From: an uncultured delta proteobacterium
GTDB lineage: Bacteria > Myxococcota_A > Polyangia > Polyangiales > JAFGIB01
NCBI GenBank assembly: GCA_963778655.1
Contig: CAVZVA010000008.1
Coordinates: 32,001-96,000 of the forward strand
Direction: 5' to 3'
Length of the DNA: 64,000 nt
Both the position numbers and the translations under genes were made by a program. Below are positions 30,681-39,302 of this stretch, one piece after another. The notes below the pieces were generated by a model, which worked only from the letters and a program-made list of their open reading frames with translations, was not told the DNA's origin and ran no database searches. Position 1 is the first letter of the stretch; the number at the start of each line of letters is the position of its first letter.

Positions 30681-30753
30681 CCCGATCGTATCCGAGCTGG
30701 CTGCGGCAGCCAATCGACGTTTCTGTGGGTGGGTACGCCGGATGTGCGCGCCG

Positions 30754-32211
30754 TCAGTAGCGGGTGGGTGGTTGGAAGCCTCCTATGATCTCTGCCAGCC
30801 GGCGCGCAAAGTCGATCGGGGTGTGATCCTCGAGATAGGGCCCGATGATCTGCAGCCCGACTGGAAGCCCGCTCGCGGTGCGTCCGATCGGCGCCGCCGT
30901 CGCCGGCAGGTGGTAGGCCGTGGCGCCCGCGATCCAGCCCAGCAGATCCATGTATGGACGGCTCGCGCCGTCGACCGTGATCCGGCGCGTCCACGGCGAG
31001 CCCTCGTGGTCGTGAGGAATCGCGGCCACCATGGTGACCGGACACAGCAGGACGTCGAAGCGCTCGAAGAACGCGGCCCAGCGCGCGCCGTAGCGCGCGC
31101 GGCGCTCGTTGGCGCGCAGCCAGTCGAGGTGGCGCGCCATCGCTTTGCGCGCCAGGCCCAGCATTGCGTCCTCTCCGTCCTTTGGCGGCGTGGCCGCGAC
31201 CTGAGCCAGCATGTCGGTCACCGCGGGCGGCATCCCCATCACCATGATCGGATTGAGCAGCGATAGGTAGTTGTCGAAGATCTGCGACAGCGTCAGGTCG
31301 GGTCGCGCGCCGAGATCGAGCGCGACACCTGCGCCGCGCAGCGCCGAGATCGCGTTCTGCAGCACCTGCGCGACCTCGCGATCGACCGGAAAGCTCGCGT
31401 CGTCGATCCACGCCGCGACGCGATACGCTTGCAGCGAGTCTCGCCGCGGCGGCGGCAGCTGCAGGCGGTACGCCTTGGCGTGCGCCTGATCGGGGCCGGC
31501 CAGCAAGTCGAGCGCGAGCGCGAGGTCGGCTGCCGAGCGCGCGAGTGGGCCGCACACGCTCAGATCGACGCTGGCCAGCGAGCCCGGTGGCCCAGGAATG
31601 TGGCCGCGTTGCGGCACCAGGCCCCAGCTCGGCTTGTGGCCGTAGACGCCGGTCCAGCCCGCGGGCGTGCGGATCGACCCGCCGATGTCGGAGCCGAGCT
31701 CGAGCGCGGCGAACCCGCACGCCAGCGCCACCGCCGCGCCACCCGAGGACCCGCCGGGCGTGCGGCTGGGGTCGTGCGGATTGTTGGTGGTGCCGAAGAT
31801 CTCGTTGTAGGTCTGCGTGTCGGCGCTGTGTGCGGGCACGTTGGTCTTGCCGAACACCAGCGCGCCGGCGTCGATCAGGCGCTGCACTGCCAACGCGTTG
31901 CGCGCGGGCACGTGGCTCGACAACGCCACCGCCCCACCCGTCGAGCGGATGCCCTCGGTCTCGTAGGCATCCTTGATCGTCATCGGCAGCCCGTGCAGCG
32001 GCCCCTGCACCTGGCCGCGCGCGAGCTGCTGGTCGAGCGAGCGCGCTCGGGCGCGCGCTCGCTCCGCGTCCAGCGTGACCACGGCGTTGACCGCGGTGTT
32101 GTGCTGCTCGATGCGTGCCAGATAGAGATCGAGCAGCTCCACGCTCGACACTTTGCGCTTGCGGATCAAGCCGGCGAGCTCGCCAGCGCTCTTGAAGGGC
32201 AGCTCGTCCAT
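30754..32211 (-). CDS. Amidase signature family enzyme
   Basis: GPLHGLPMTIKD, GKTNVP, GGSSGG, GSDIGGSIR. Confidence 0.95.
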   Translation of the reverse strand: MDELPFKSAGELAGLIRKRKVSSVELLDLYLARIEQHNTAVNAVVTLDAERARARARSLDQQLARGQVQGPLHGLPMTIKDAYETEGIRSTGGAVALSSHVPARNALAVQRLIDAGALVFGKTNVPAHSADTQTYNEIFGTTNNPHDPSRTPGGSSGGAAVALACGFAALELGSDIGGSIRTPAGWTGVYGHKPSWGLVPQRGHIPGPPGSLASVDLSVCGPLARSAADLALALDLLAGPDQAHAKAYRLQLPPPRRDSLQAYRVAAWIDDASFPVDREVAQVLQNAISALRGAGVALDLGARPDLTLSQIFDNYLSLLNPIMVMGMPPAVTDMLAQVAATPPKDGEDAMLGLARKAMARHLDWLRANERRARYGARWAAFFERFDVLLCPVTMVAAIPHDHEGSPWTRRITVDGASRPYMDLLGWIAGATAYHLPATAAPIGRTASGLPVGLQIIGPYLEDHTPIDFARRLAEIIGGFQPPTRY

Positions 32212-32271
32212 GTCGGCGTTGTACTGCAGCCCGTGCGCGGCCGAAAGGGCGCTGCGCCGGCCCCGCGAGCG

Positions 32272-33576
32272 TCAGTCGTTCGCGCTGTTCCAGCCGTCGC
32301 TGAGCGTGCGCAGAAACGCCACCACATCATCGATCTCCGCCGGCGACAGCCGGGCCGCCTGGCCGGGCTGCCGATCGTAGGGAACCTCCTCCGTGTTGAC
32401 GTTGGCCTTGTATTCGGCGGGCAGGTCGTTCCACTTGTCGAGGCTGCCGTCGGCGGCTCTCGGATACCACTTGTCTGGTTGCGTGTCGCGCGTGACGTAG
32501 AACTCGACCACGTCGCGCAGCTTTGCGAAGTAGCCGTTGTGCATGTACGGCGCCGTCCTGGCGACGTTGCGCAGCGTGGGCACCTTGAACGCGCCGCACA
32601 GGCCGGCCACGAACGCGCCCTTGTCGCCGACGGCGTCGGGCACCTTTTGGGCGATGCCGGGCTGCTTGCACAGGCCGAGGTCGTGGTGCTCCGGATCGAC
32701 GTTGTCGGGGATCTCGCGGTTGCGGGGCACGCCCAGGTTGTCGTAGGTGAAATCGGTGAACAGCCAGTCGTGCGGGTCGCTGGAGCTGTCGTCGCCGGCG
32801 TGGCAGGCGATGCAATTGCCTTGCTCGGGGTCCTTGAACAGCTCGAAGCCGTGCTGCTCGTGCTCGTCGAGCTCCACCTCGCCGCGCAGCATGGCGTCGA
32901 ATTTCGACGAGAAGGGGTGGAACGCGTCGGTGTCCTCGTACGCAGCGATCGCCTGGGTCAGCTGCGCGTACGCCCGATCGGCATCGTCCAGGGCGTCCGC
33001 GCCGAACACGCGGCGGAACAGCGCGGCGTAACTCGCGTCCTGCACGCGCTCGATCACCGACCGCTCGTCTGGCATCGCCATCTCGCGCGGATTGAGAAAC
33101 GGCGCGGCGGCCTGTGCGGCGAGATCGGCAGCGCGGCCGTCCCAGAACTGGCCTCCGGCCGGCACCGGCTCGCCCGACTCCTCGTCCTGCACGAAGCCGA
33201 AGGGCGGGCTGAAGGACATGTACATCGCGGTCGGCACGTTGCGGGCGCCGAGCAGCTCGGGTCGATCGCCGGCGGCGACTGGAAACAGCGGGTCGTCCGC
33301 GCGGTTGTTGCCGCTGAACGCGGTGCTCTCCTGGTGGCAGCTCGCGCACGATTGCGTGCGCGTGAGCGACAGGCTCGGGTCGTGAAACAACTGCTGGCCG
33401 AGCTGCTGCAGCTCGCCGTCCGTACCCTCGTCCGCTCGGTCGGCCGCGGCGCCCGCGGCCTCCGCGCCGGCGCCGCCGGTTTCGGGGGCAGCGTCATCGG
33501 GCCCGCCGATCCGGCACGCGCCAAGGCCCAGTGCCACGGCCAGCGCCGCGCCGACCCGGGTGGTTCGTTCCAGCAT
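32272..33576 (-). CDS. Lipoprotein di-heme cytochrome c peroxidase/MauG-superfamily protein
   Basis: Lipobox LGAC; CASCH, RNVPT, QFWDGRA, NPREM, CIACH, FKVPTLRN, PYMHNG. Confidence 0.92.
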   Translation of the reverse strand: MLERTTRVGAALAVALGLGACRIGGPDDAAPETGGAGAEAAGAAADRADEGTDGELQQLGQQLFHDPSLSLTRTQSCASCHQESTAFSGNNRADDPLFPVAAGDRPELLGARNVPTAMYMSFSPPFGFVQDEESGEPVPAGGQFWDGRAADLAAQAAAPFLNPREMAMPDERSVIERVQDASYAALFRRVFGADALDDADRAYAQLTQAIAAYEDTDAFHPFSSKFDAMLRGEVELDEHEQHGFELFKDPEQGNCIACHAGDDSSSDPHDWLFTDFTYDNLGVPRNREIPDNVDPEHHDLGLCKQPGIAQKVPDAVGDKGAFVAGLCGAFKVPTLRNVARTAPYMHNGYFAKLRDVVEFYVTRDTQPDKWYPRAADGSLDKWNDLPAEYKANVNTEEVPYDRQPGQAARLSPAEIDDVVAFLRTLSDGWNSAND

Positions 33577-33625
33577 CCGCCTCTCCTCCTGCTCGTGTCC
33601 GTCTCGCCAGCCAGGCTTGCTAGCA

Positions 33626-33652
33626 AATTGATATAGACTTTCAATATCAATT
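33626..33652. promoter_or_regulatory. AT-rich inverted repeat, Fur-box-like
   Basis: AATTGATA-11 bp-TATCAATT; nested 19-mer ATTGATATAGACTTTCAAT; 50 bp upstream of the di-heme gene. Confidence 0.6.
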
Positions 33653-33723
33653 AATGGAGGGACCGGAAGATTCCTTGAAACACATGCAATTACAGCATGA
33701 TGGGTGTACCCAGCCCGCGCGCC

Positions 33724-35658
33724 TCAGGTCGAGGCTTCCGGCGCGCGCAGCAGCGCCCGCAGGCCGGAGGCGCGCTGGACCGCGGTGCGCACGGCGGCGG
33801 CCAGCACCTCGGGTGAGGCGTAGATCACCACGCGCCGGCGCGCGCGCGTCACCGCCGTGTACAACAGCTCGCGCGACAGCACCGGCGATGGCTCCGGCGG
33901 CAGCAGCAGCGCCACCTGCTCGAGCTCGGAGCCCTGGCTCTTGTGCACGCTCATCGCGTACACGCCTTCGTGCGGCGGCAGACGCGCGGCCGCCACCTGG
34001 CGCAGCGCGCCGTCCCCGGCCGCGAAGAAGGCGTGCAGCCTGCCTGGCTCGTCCTCATCCTCGAGCAGCACCCCGACATCGCCGTTGTACAGGCGCGCCT
34101 GGTGGTCGTTCTGGGTGACGATCAGAGGTTGCCCCGAGTAGCGCGCGGGCGTCGCCGGCACCAGCCCGGACTCGCGCAGCGCCTGCTCGATGCCGGCGTT
34201 GACGGCCAGCTGGCCGTGCGTGCCGTGGCGGTGCGCGCACAGCACCCGAAAGCGCTCCAGCGCGCGCAGCTTCGCCGCGGGCCCCGCGGCCTCGAAGAAC
34301 GGGCCGAATTGCTCGACCGCCGCCTCGAACAGCGCGCGCGGCACGCGCGAGCCCGCGCGCGTCTCGACCAGGGCCACCTCGGGCAGACGCGGGTCGCGCA
34401 GGATCTCGAGCACGCGGTCGGGCTGCGCGTCGTTGATCGCATCGGCGAGCCGGCCGATGCCGCTGTCCGCCGCGTAGCGGTAGGAGCGCGTCAGCTGCAC
34501 GATGCTGCTCCCGATCGGAGCCGCGCTCGCACCCGGGTCGAGCCCGGCGGCGCAGATGTCGCCCAGCACCGCCCCAGCCTCGACCGAGTAGAGCTGGTTC
34601 TTGTCCCCGAGCAGGATCACGCGCGCGGCCACAGGCAGCGCGTCGAGCAGGCGTGCCATCAACAGCAGATCCACCATCGAGGCCTCGTCCACCACCACCA
34701 CGTCGGCGGCGAGCGGATTGTCGCGATGATGACGGAAACGCGTCCCGCCGCCCGGCCGCACGCCGAGCGCGCGGTGGATGGTGCTGGCGTCCTCCGGGAT
34801 CGCGTCGCGCACACTCGGGGCGCAGTCGAGCTCGCCTTTGCTGCGCTTGATCGCCTCGCCCAGCCGTGCTGCGGCCTTGCCCGTGGGCGCGAGCAGCAGC
34901 ACGCGCGGCGTGCGCGAGGGCTGCTCGACCTGGGCCTGCTCCAGCAGCAGCGCCAGGATCTTCACCACGGTCGAGGTCTTGCCCGTGCCCGGGCCGCCCG
35001 AAATCACGCACAGCGCTTGCGTGAGCGCGCACTCGGCCGCGACCCGTTGCAGGTCTTCACCGGCCTGCTGCGGCGCCTCGCGCTCGAACAGATCGAGCTG
35101 CTGCCGCGGGCGTTTGGCTGCGCGCGGCCGGGACTTGGCCGGCGCTGGCGTGGCCTGCGCGTTGCCCTGGTCGAATAGGCGCCGCAACCCGTCGTGCAAG
35201 CGCGCGGCGTCCGCCGCCTGTGCCGGGCGCGCCGCGCGCTCGACCAGCGCGCGCGCCAGGCCGCGCTCGTGCGCGAAGTAGCGCCGCAGGTAGAGTCGGC
35301 CCTCGCGATCGAGACACAGCGGGGTGAGACCCTCCTTTCCGCCGACGAGCGGGCTCGCGCGCAGCGCGGCCAGCCAGCTCGTCGTATCCGGCCATACCAG
35401 CGCGGCCAGTGCCTGCTGCTGGGCCGGATCCACCGCCAGCGCGAGCAAGCCGGCGCGCGCGACCGGCAGCTCCAGGCAAACGTGCCCGGCCTGCACCGTG
35501 CGGCTGAGCAGCGCGACTGCCAGCAGCACGCGCGGGTCGTGCTCGCCGCCCAGGCGGCTCAGCGTGCGCGCGAAGTGCAGATCGAGCGCGCCGATCAGGC
35601 CGCTCGCGTGCAGCGCCTCGAGCTCGCTGCCGACTGCGCTGGGCTCGGCAGCGCTCAC
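33724..35658 (-). CDS. recD: Exodeoxyribonuclease V alpha subunit
   Basis: GHVCL, LYLRRY, GGPGTGKTS, APTGKAAARL, VVDEASM, GDKNQL, VHKSQGSE, RELLYTAVTR. Confidence 0.97.
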   Translation of the reverse strand: MSAAEPSAVGSELEALHASGLIGALDLHFARTLSRLGGEHDPRVLLAVALLSRTVQAGHVCLELPVARAGLLALAVDPAQQQALAALVWPDTTSWLAALRASPLVGGKEGLTPLCLDREGRLYLRRYFAHERGLARALVERAARPAQAADAARLHDGLRRLFDQGNAQATPAPAKSRPRAAKRPRQQLDLFEREAPQQAGEDLQRVAAECALTQALCVISGGPGTGKTSTVVKILALLLEQAQVEQPSRTPRVLLLAPTGKAAARLGEAIKRSKGELDCAPSVRDAIPEDASTIHRALGVRPGGGTRFRHHRDNPLAADVVVVDEASMVDLLLMARLLDALPVAARVILLGDKNQLYSVEAGAVLGDICAAGLDPGASAAPIGSSIVQLTRSYRYAADSGIGRLADAINDAQPDRVLEILRDPRLPEVALVETRAGSRVPRALFEAAVEQFGPFFEAAGPAAKLRALERFRVLCAHRHGTHGQLAVNAGIEQALRESGLVPATPARYSGQPLIVTQNDHQARLYNGDVGVLLEDEDEPGRLHAFFAAGDGALRQVAAARLPPHEGVYAMSVHKSQGSELEQVALLLPPEPSPVLSRELLYTAVTRARRRVVIYASPEVLAAAVRTAVQRASGLRALLRAPEAST

Positions 35659-38600
35659 GGCGGCTCCTCCTGCGCGCCGAGCGCACGCGAAAGGGCTTCG
35701 ATCAACGCCTCGGACGGCCGATCGAAAAACACGCCGGTACCGGGCGCGTGCTCGGGCGCCATCCCGCGCACGAACAGGTAGTACACGCCGCCGAAGTGGC
35801 GCTCATAGGCGTAGTCGGGCAGGCGCAACCGAAGGTGCCGGTGCAGCGCGAGCACGTAGAGGTGGTATTGCAGAAAGTAGTGGTGCTCGGCCATCGCCAG
35901 CGCGAGCCGCGCCGGCCGGTAGTCGTCGGCGACGTCGCCGAGCCGGTTGCTCTTGTAGTCGACCACGAAGAAGCGCTCGCCGTCGCGGAACACCAGGTCG
36001 ATGAAGCCCTTGAGAAACCCGCTCGGCGGCAGCATGCGCAGCATGCGCAGCCGCTCCGGGTAGTCGGGCACTGCGGCCGGCGCTGCGTGCCGCTGCAGCG
36101 CGTCGGCCAGACGCGCGGACAGATCCTCGCGCGCGTGCGGCGTGCTCAGCGTGAACTCGAGCTCGTCGAGGCGCTGCGCGCGGCGCACGTCCGCGAGCCG
36201 GCGCCGGGCGCCGTCGGGTCCGAGCGGCGTGCGCAGGCTCTGCTCGATGCCGCGCACCAGCGCGCCCGCGTGCTGCGCGTCCAGGCCGTAGAGCCCGAGC
36301 AGGCGCTCTGCCTGCGCCGGTAGCTCTGCGGGATCCGCGCGCCCGAAGTCGATCTGCTCATACACGGCGTGGATCAGCGAGCCGGGCCGCGAGCCGGAGG
36401 GAAAGGCGTGCAGCACCAGCGGCTCGCGATCGATCTCCGTGGCCAGGTCGAGCGCATTGCCGCCGCTCTCCACGCCCTGATCGAGGTCGCGCTCGTCCTC
36501 GGGCGAGCTGCCGGGGGTGACTGCCTGCTCGGCGGTCAGACGCGAGAAGCTCGAGCTGCGCGGCTGCGGCCGCGGCTTGCGCTTGGCTTCGCGCGCCGCG
36601 AGCGGCCCCGCTGCCTGCTCGCCGCCGGCGTAGACCGGCGGGCGCTCGAGCCCGATCTCGCGCATGCCGATGCTGCCCTCCGACGCGTCGCACAGGCCTT
36701 GCAGCTCGGCCCGCAGCTCCGCAGGGTCGAGGTTCTCCAGCGTGCGCTCGGTGCCGGGCATGCCGTTGCCGAACGAGCCGTGCAGCAGATGACCGAGCGG
36801 CGACTGGCCGCCGCCTTTGAACGGCCCCCACACCACGTAGCAGCGGTGCTTGGCCCGGGTCAGCGCCACGTACAGCAGCCGCAGGCTCTCCGCCTTTGCC
36901 TCCACGCGCGCTTGCTCCAGATGCTCGGCGCGGTCCGCCGAGCCGATGTCGAGCTTGACGCGGTCGTGGTCGTCGCGATCGTGGAAGAGAGCGTCCTCGT
37001 CCTGCTTCGGGCTCCGTACCCACCACATGAACGGACAGAACACGATCGGGTATTCCAGGCCCTTGCTGCGATGGACGGTGGTGAGCTTGAGCGCGTGCTC
37101 GTCGTGCTCGAGCCGGATCTGCGTCGACTCGCTTGCCATCTCCGCGCGAGCCTTCGAGTCGACCCGCATGCGCGTGAGCCATTGCAGCAGCGACAGCGGG
37201 CCCAGGTGCTGTTGCAGCGCGGCCTGGTGCAGCAGCTCCACAAGGTGCAAGAGGTCGGTGAGGCGGCGCTCACCGTCGAAGCAGGACAGCAACTTGCGCT
37301 GCGCCGAGGTCTCGTCGAGCAGCAGGTGCAGCATCTGCACGAAGCCGCGCTCGTGCCAGAGCTGGTTCAGCCGCGCGAAGCGGTCGAGCCACGTCTCCAG
37401 CTCGGCGTCGTGCTGGTGCAGGGCGTGCAGCGCCTCCGCGTCCGCGCCCAGGATCGAGGTGCACAGCGCGGCGCCGAGCTTGCGGGCGTCCGCGGGTCGC
37501 GCGATCGCCCACAGCACGCGCGAGAGCTCGCTGGCCATCTCGCTCTCGAAGACGCTGCTGTCGCCGTCGAGCACGGCCGGCACGCGCAGGCGCGCGAGCG
37601 CCGCCTGGGTGTCGCGCGCCTGATAGTTGGCGCGGCACAGCACCGCGAGGTGGCGCGGCCGCAACGGCTCTCCGTCGAGCGTCTCGCCGGACTGCAGCAG
37701 GCGCACGATTTCATAGGCTATGCGATCCGGCAGGTCGCGTGGGTCACCCACGGAGCGACGCACGCCCGACCGAGCGCGCTCCTGGGAGGCAGAGAGCAAG
37801 AGCTGCAGCGAGGCGCCACCGCCCGAGAGACGCTCGCGAGCGGCCGGCGCCGGGCTTACGGGCGCGAACGGAATCTCCTCGAACCAGAACGGCCGAGGCG
37901 CCCGCGACAACAGCGTGTTGACCGCGCGCACCAGCCCGGGATCGGCGCGGCGGTTGATGTCGAGCGTGTAGCGCGCTCGGCCCGCCTCGCGCGCCGCCTG
38001 CATGTAGGCGAAGATGTCCGCGCCGCGAAAGCCGTAGATCGCTTGCTTCGGATCGCCGATCAAGAACAGCGTGTCGCTGGGCTGTGCGTAGATGCGCCGG
38101 AAGATGGCGTACTGCACCGGGTCGGTGTCCTGGAACTCGTCGATCAGCGCGGCCGGGTGACGCCTGCGGATGCGGGCGGCGAGCTCGGACCCCGCCGCAC
38201 CCTGCAGCGCGTCGTGCAGCCCGTTCAGCAGATCGTCGAAGCTCTGCTCGCCGCGCTCGGCGTGCCTGCGCGCGACCTCCTGCCGCGCGTAGTCGATGAG
38301 GCGCCGCCGGGTCGCGAGCACGCGCTGGTCGAGGGCGGGGCGCAGCGCCTGCACCGCGGACTGCAGCGCGTCGACGGCATCGAAGAAGGCATGGCGAGGC
38401 GGCGGCGATGACCGGAACGCCTTGTTCATGGAGGCGCGCAGCCTGGCGTTCGTGAGCTTGTCGATCCACTCGGGCAGGCTCCTGAGGCTCGCGGCGTGGA
38501 GTCGCTGCAGCCCGCGCGCCCACTGGCCGCGCACGGTCTGCTCGCGGTACATGTTCCCGTTCAGCCGGCCCGCCTTGAACAGCTCGTCCAGGATCTCCTC

Positions 38601-39302
38601 GCTGTGCTCGCGCCACAACGCGGCCGCGTGATCGCGCGCCGCCTCGAACGCGGCGAGCGGTAGCTCCGCCTCGCCGCCCGCCTCCGGCAGCACGGGCACG
38701 CGCGGGTCGTGCACGGCCGCGGCCACCAGCTTCTCCAGCTCGACCGGCTTCGCGCCCCCTCGCACCAGCGCTTCGACCACGGGCGGCTCGGCCTGGTAGG
38801 CAACCCGCGCGAAGTAGTCGAGCGCGACCTCGTGCAGCAGCGGCGCCTGCTGCTCGACCAGCTCCAGCTCGAATGGCGTGCGGCTCTCGAACGCGTGCTC
38901 GGTCAGGGTGCGCTGGCAGAAGCCGTGGATGGTGAACACGGCGGCTTCGTCGAAATCGCGCAAGGCCTGCACCAGCACGAGCCGGTCCGCAGCCAGGTTG
39001 CCGCCACGCCGGCGTGTTGCCACCAGCGCGTCGAGCAGGTCCTCGTCGCCACCGTCACCTGCTGGCTCGCCGCGATCGATTGCGTCGATCGCCTCGAGCA
39101 AGCGGTTCCGCAACCGGTCGCGCAACTCCGCGGTCGCCGCGCGCGTGTAGGTGACCACCAGGATCTCGCTCACCTGCAGCCCGCGCTCGAGCAGCAAGCG
39201 CACGAATAGGGTCGTGATCGCGTGGGTCTTGCCCGTGCCCGCGCTGGCCTCGACCAGCGTCGTGCCCGCCAGCGGCACCGCCAACGGATCGAGCGCCTTC
39301 AT
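35655..39302 (-). CDS. recB: Exodeoxyribonuclease V beta subunit
   Basis: EASAGTGKT, TIHGFC, IDEFQD, GDPKQAIYGFRG, SKGLE, YVALTRA, nuclease GFIDL..DYKSN. Confidence 0.97.
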   Translation of the reverse strand: MKALDPLAVPLAGTTLVEASAGTGKTHAITTLFVRLLLERGLQVSEILVVTYTRAATAELRDRLRNRLLEAIDAIDRGEPAGDGGDEDLLDALVATRRRGGNLAADRLVLVQALRDFDEAAVFTIHGFCQRTLTEHAFESRTPFELELVEQQAPLLHEVALDYFARVAYQAEPPVVEALVRGGAKPVELEKLVAAAVHDPRVPVLPEAGGEAELPLAAFEAARDHAAALWREHSEEILDELFKAGRLNGNMYREQTVRGQWARGLQRLHAASLRSLPEWIDKLTNARLRASMNKAFRSSPPPRHAFFDAVDALQSAVQALRPALDQRVLATRRRLIDYARQEVARRHAERGEQSFDDLLNGLHDALQGAAGSELAARIRRRHPAALIDEFQDTDPVQYAIFRRIYAQPSDTLFLIGDPKQAIYGFRGADIFAYMQAAREAGRARYTLDINRRADPGLVRAVNTLLSRAPRPFWFEEIPFAPVSPAPAARERLSGGGASLQLLLSASQERARSGVRRSVGDPRDLPDRIAYEIVRLLQSGETLDGEPLRPRHLAVLCRANYQARDTQAALARLRVPAVLDGDSSVFESEMASELSRVLWAIARPADARKLGAALCTSILGADAEALHALHQHDAELETWLDRFARLNQLWHERGFVQMLHLLLDETSAQRKLLSCFDGERRLTDLLHLVELLHQAALQQHLGPLSLLQWLTRMRVDSKARAEMASESTQIRLEHDEHALKLTTVHRSKGLEYPIVFCPFMWWVRSPKQDEDALFHDRDDHDRVKLDIGSADRAEHLEQARVEAKAESLRLLYVALTRAKHRCYVVWGPFKGGGQSPLGHLLHGSFGNGMPGTERTLENLDPAELRAELQGLCDASEGSIGMREIGLERPPVYAGGEQAAGPLAAREAKRKPRPQPRSSSFSRLTAEQAVTPGSSPEDERDLDQGVESGGNALDLATEIDREPLVLHAFPSGSRPGSLIHAVYEQIDFGRADPAELPAQAERLLGLYGLDAQHAGALVRGIEQSLRTPLGPDGARRRLADVRRAQRLDELEFTLSTPHAREDLSARLADALQRHAAPAAVPDYPERLRMLRMLPPSGFLKGFIDLVFRDGERFFVVDYKSNRLGDVADDYRPARLALAMAEHHYFLQYHLYVLALHRHLRLRLPDYAYERHFGGVYYLFVRGMAPEHAPGTGVFFDRPSEALIEALSRALGAQEEPP

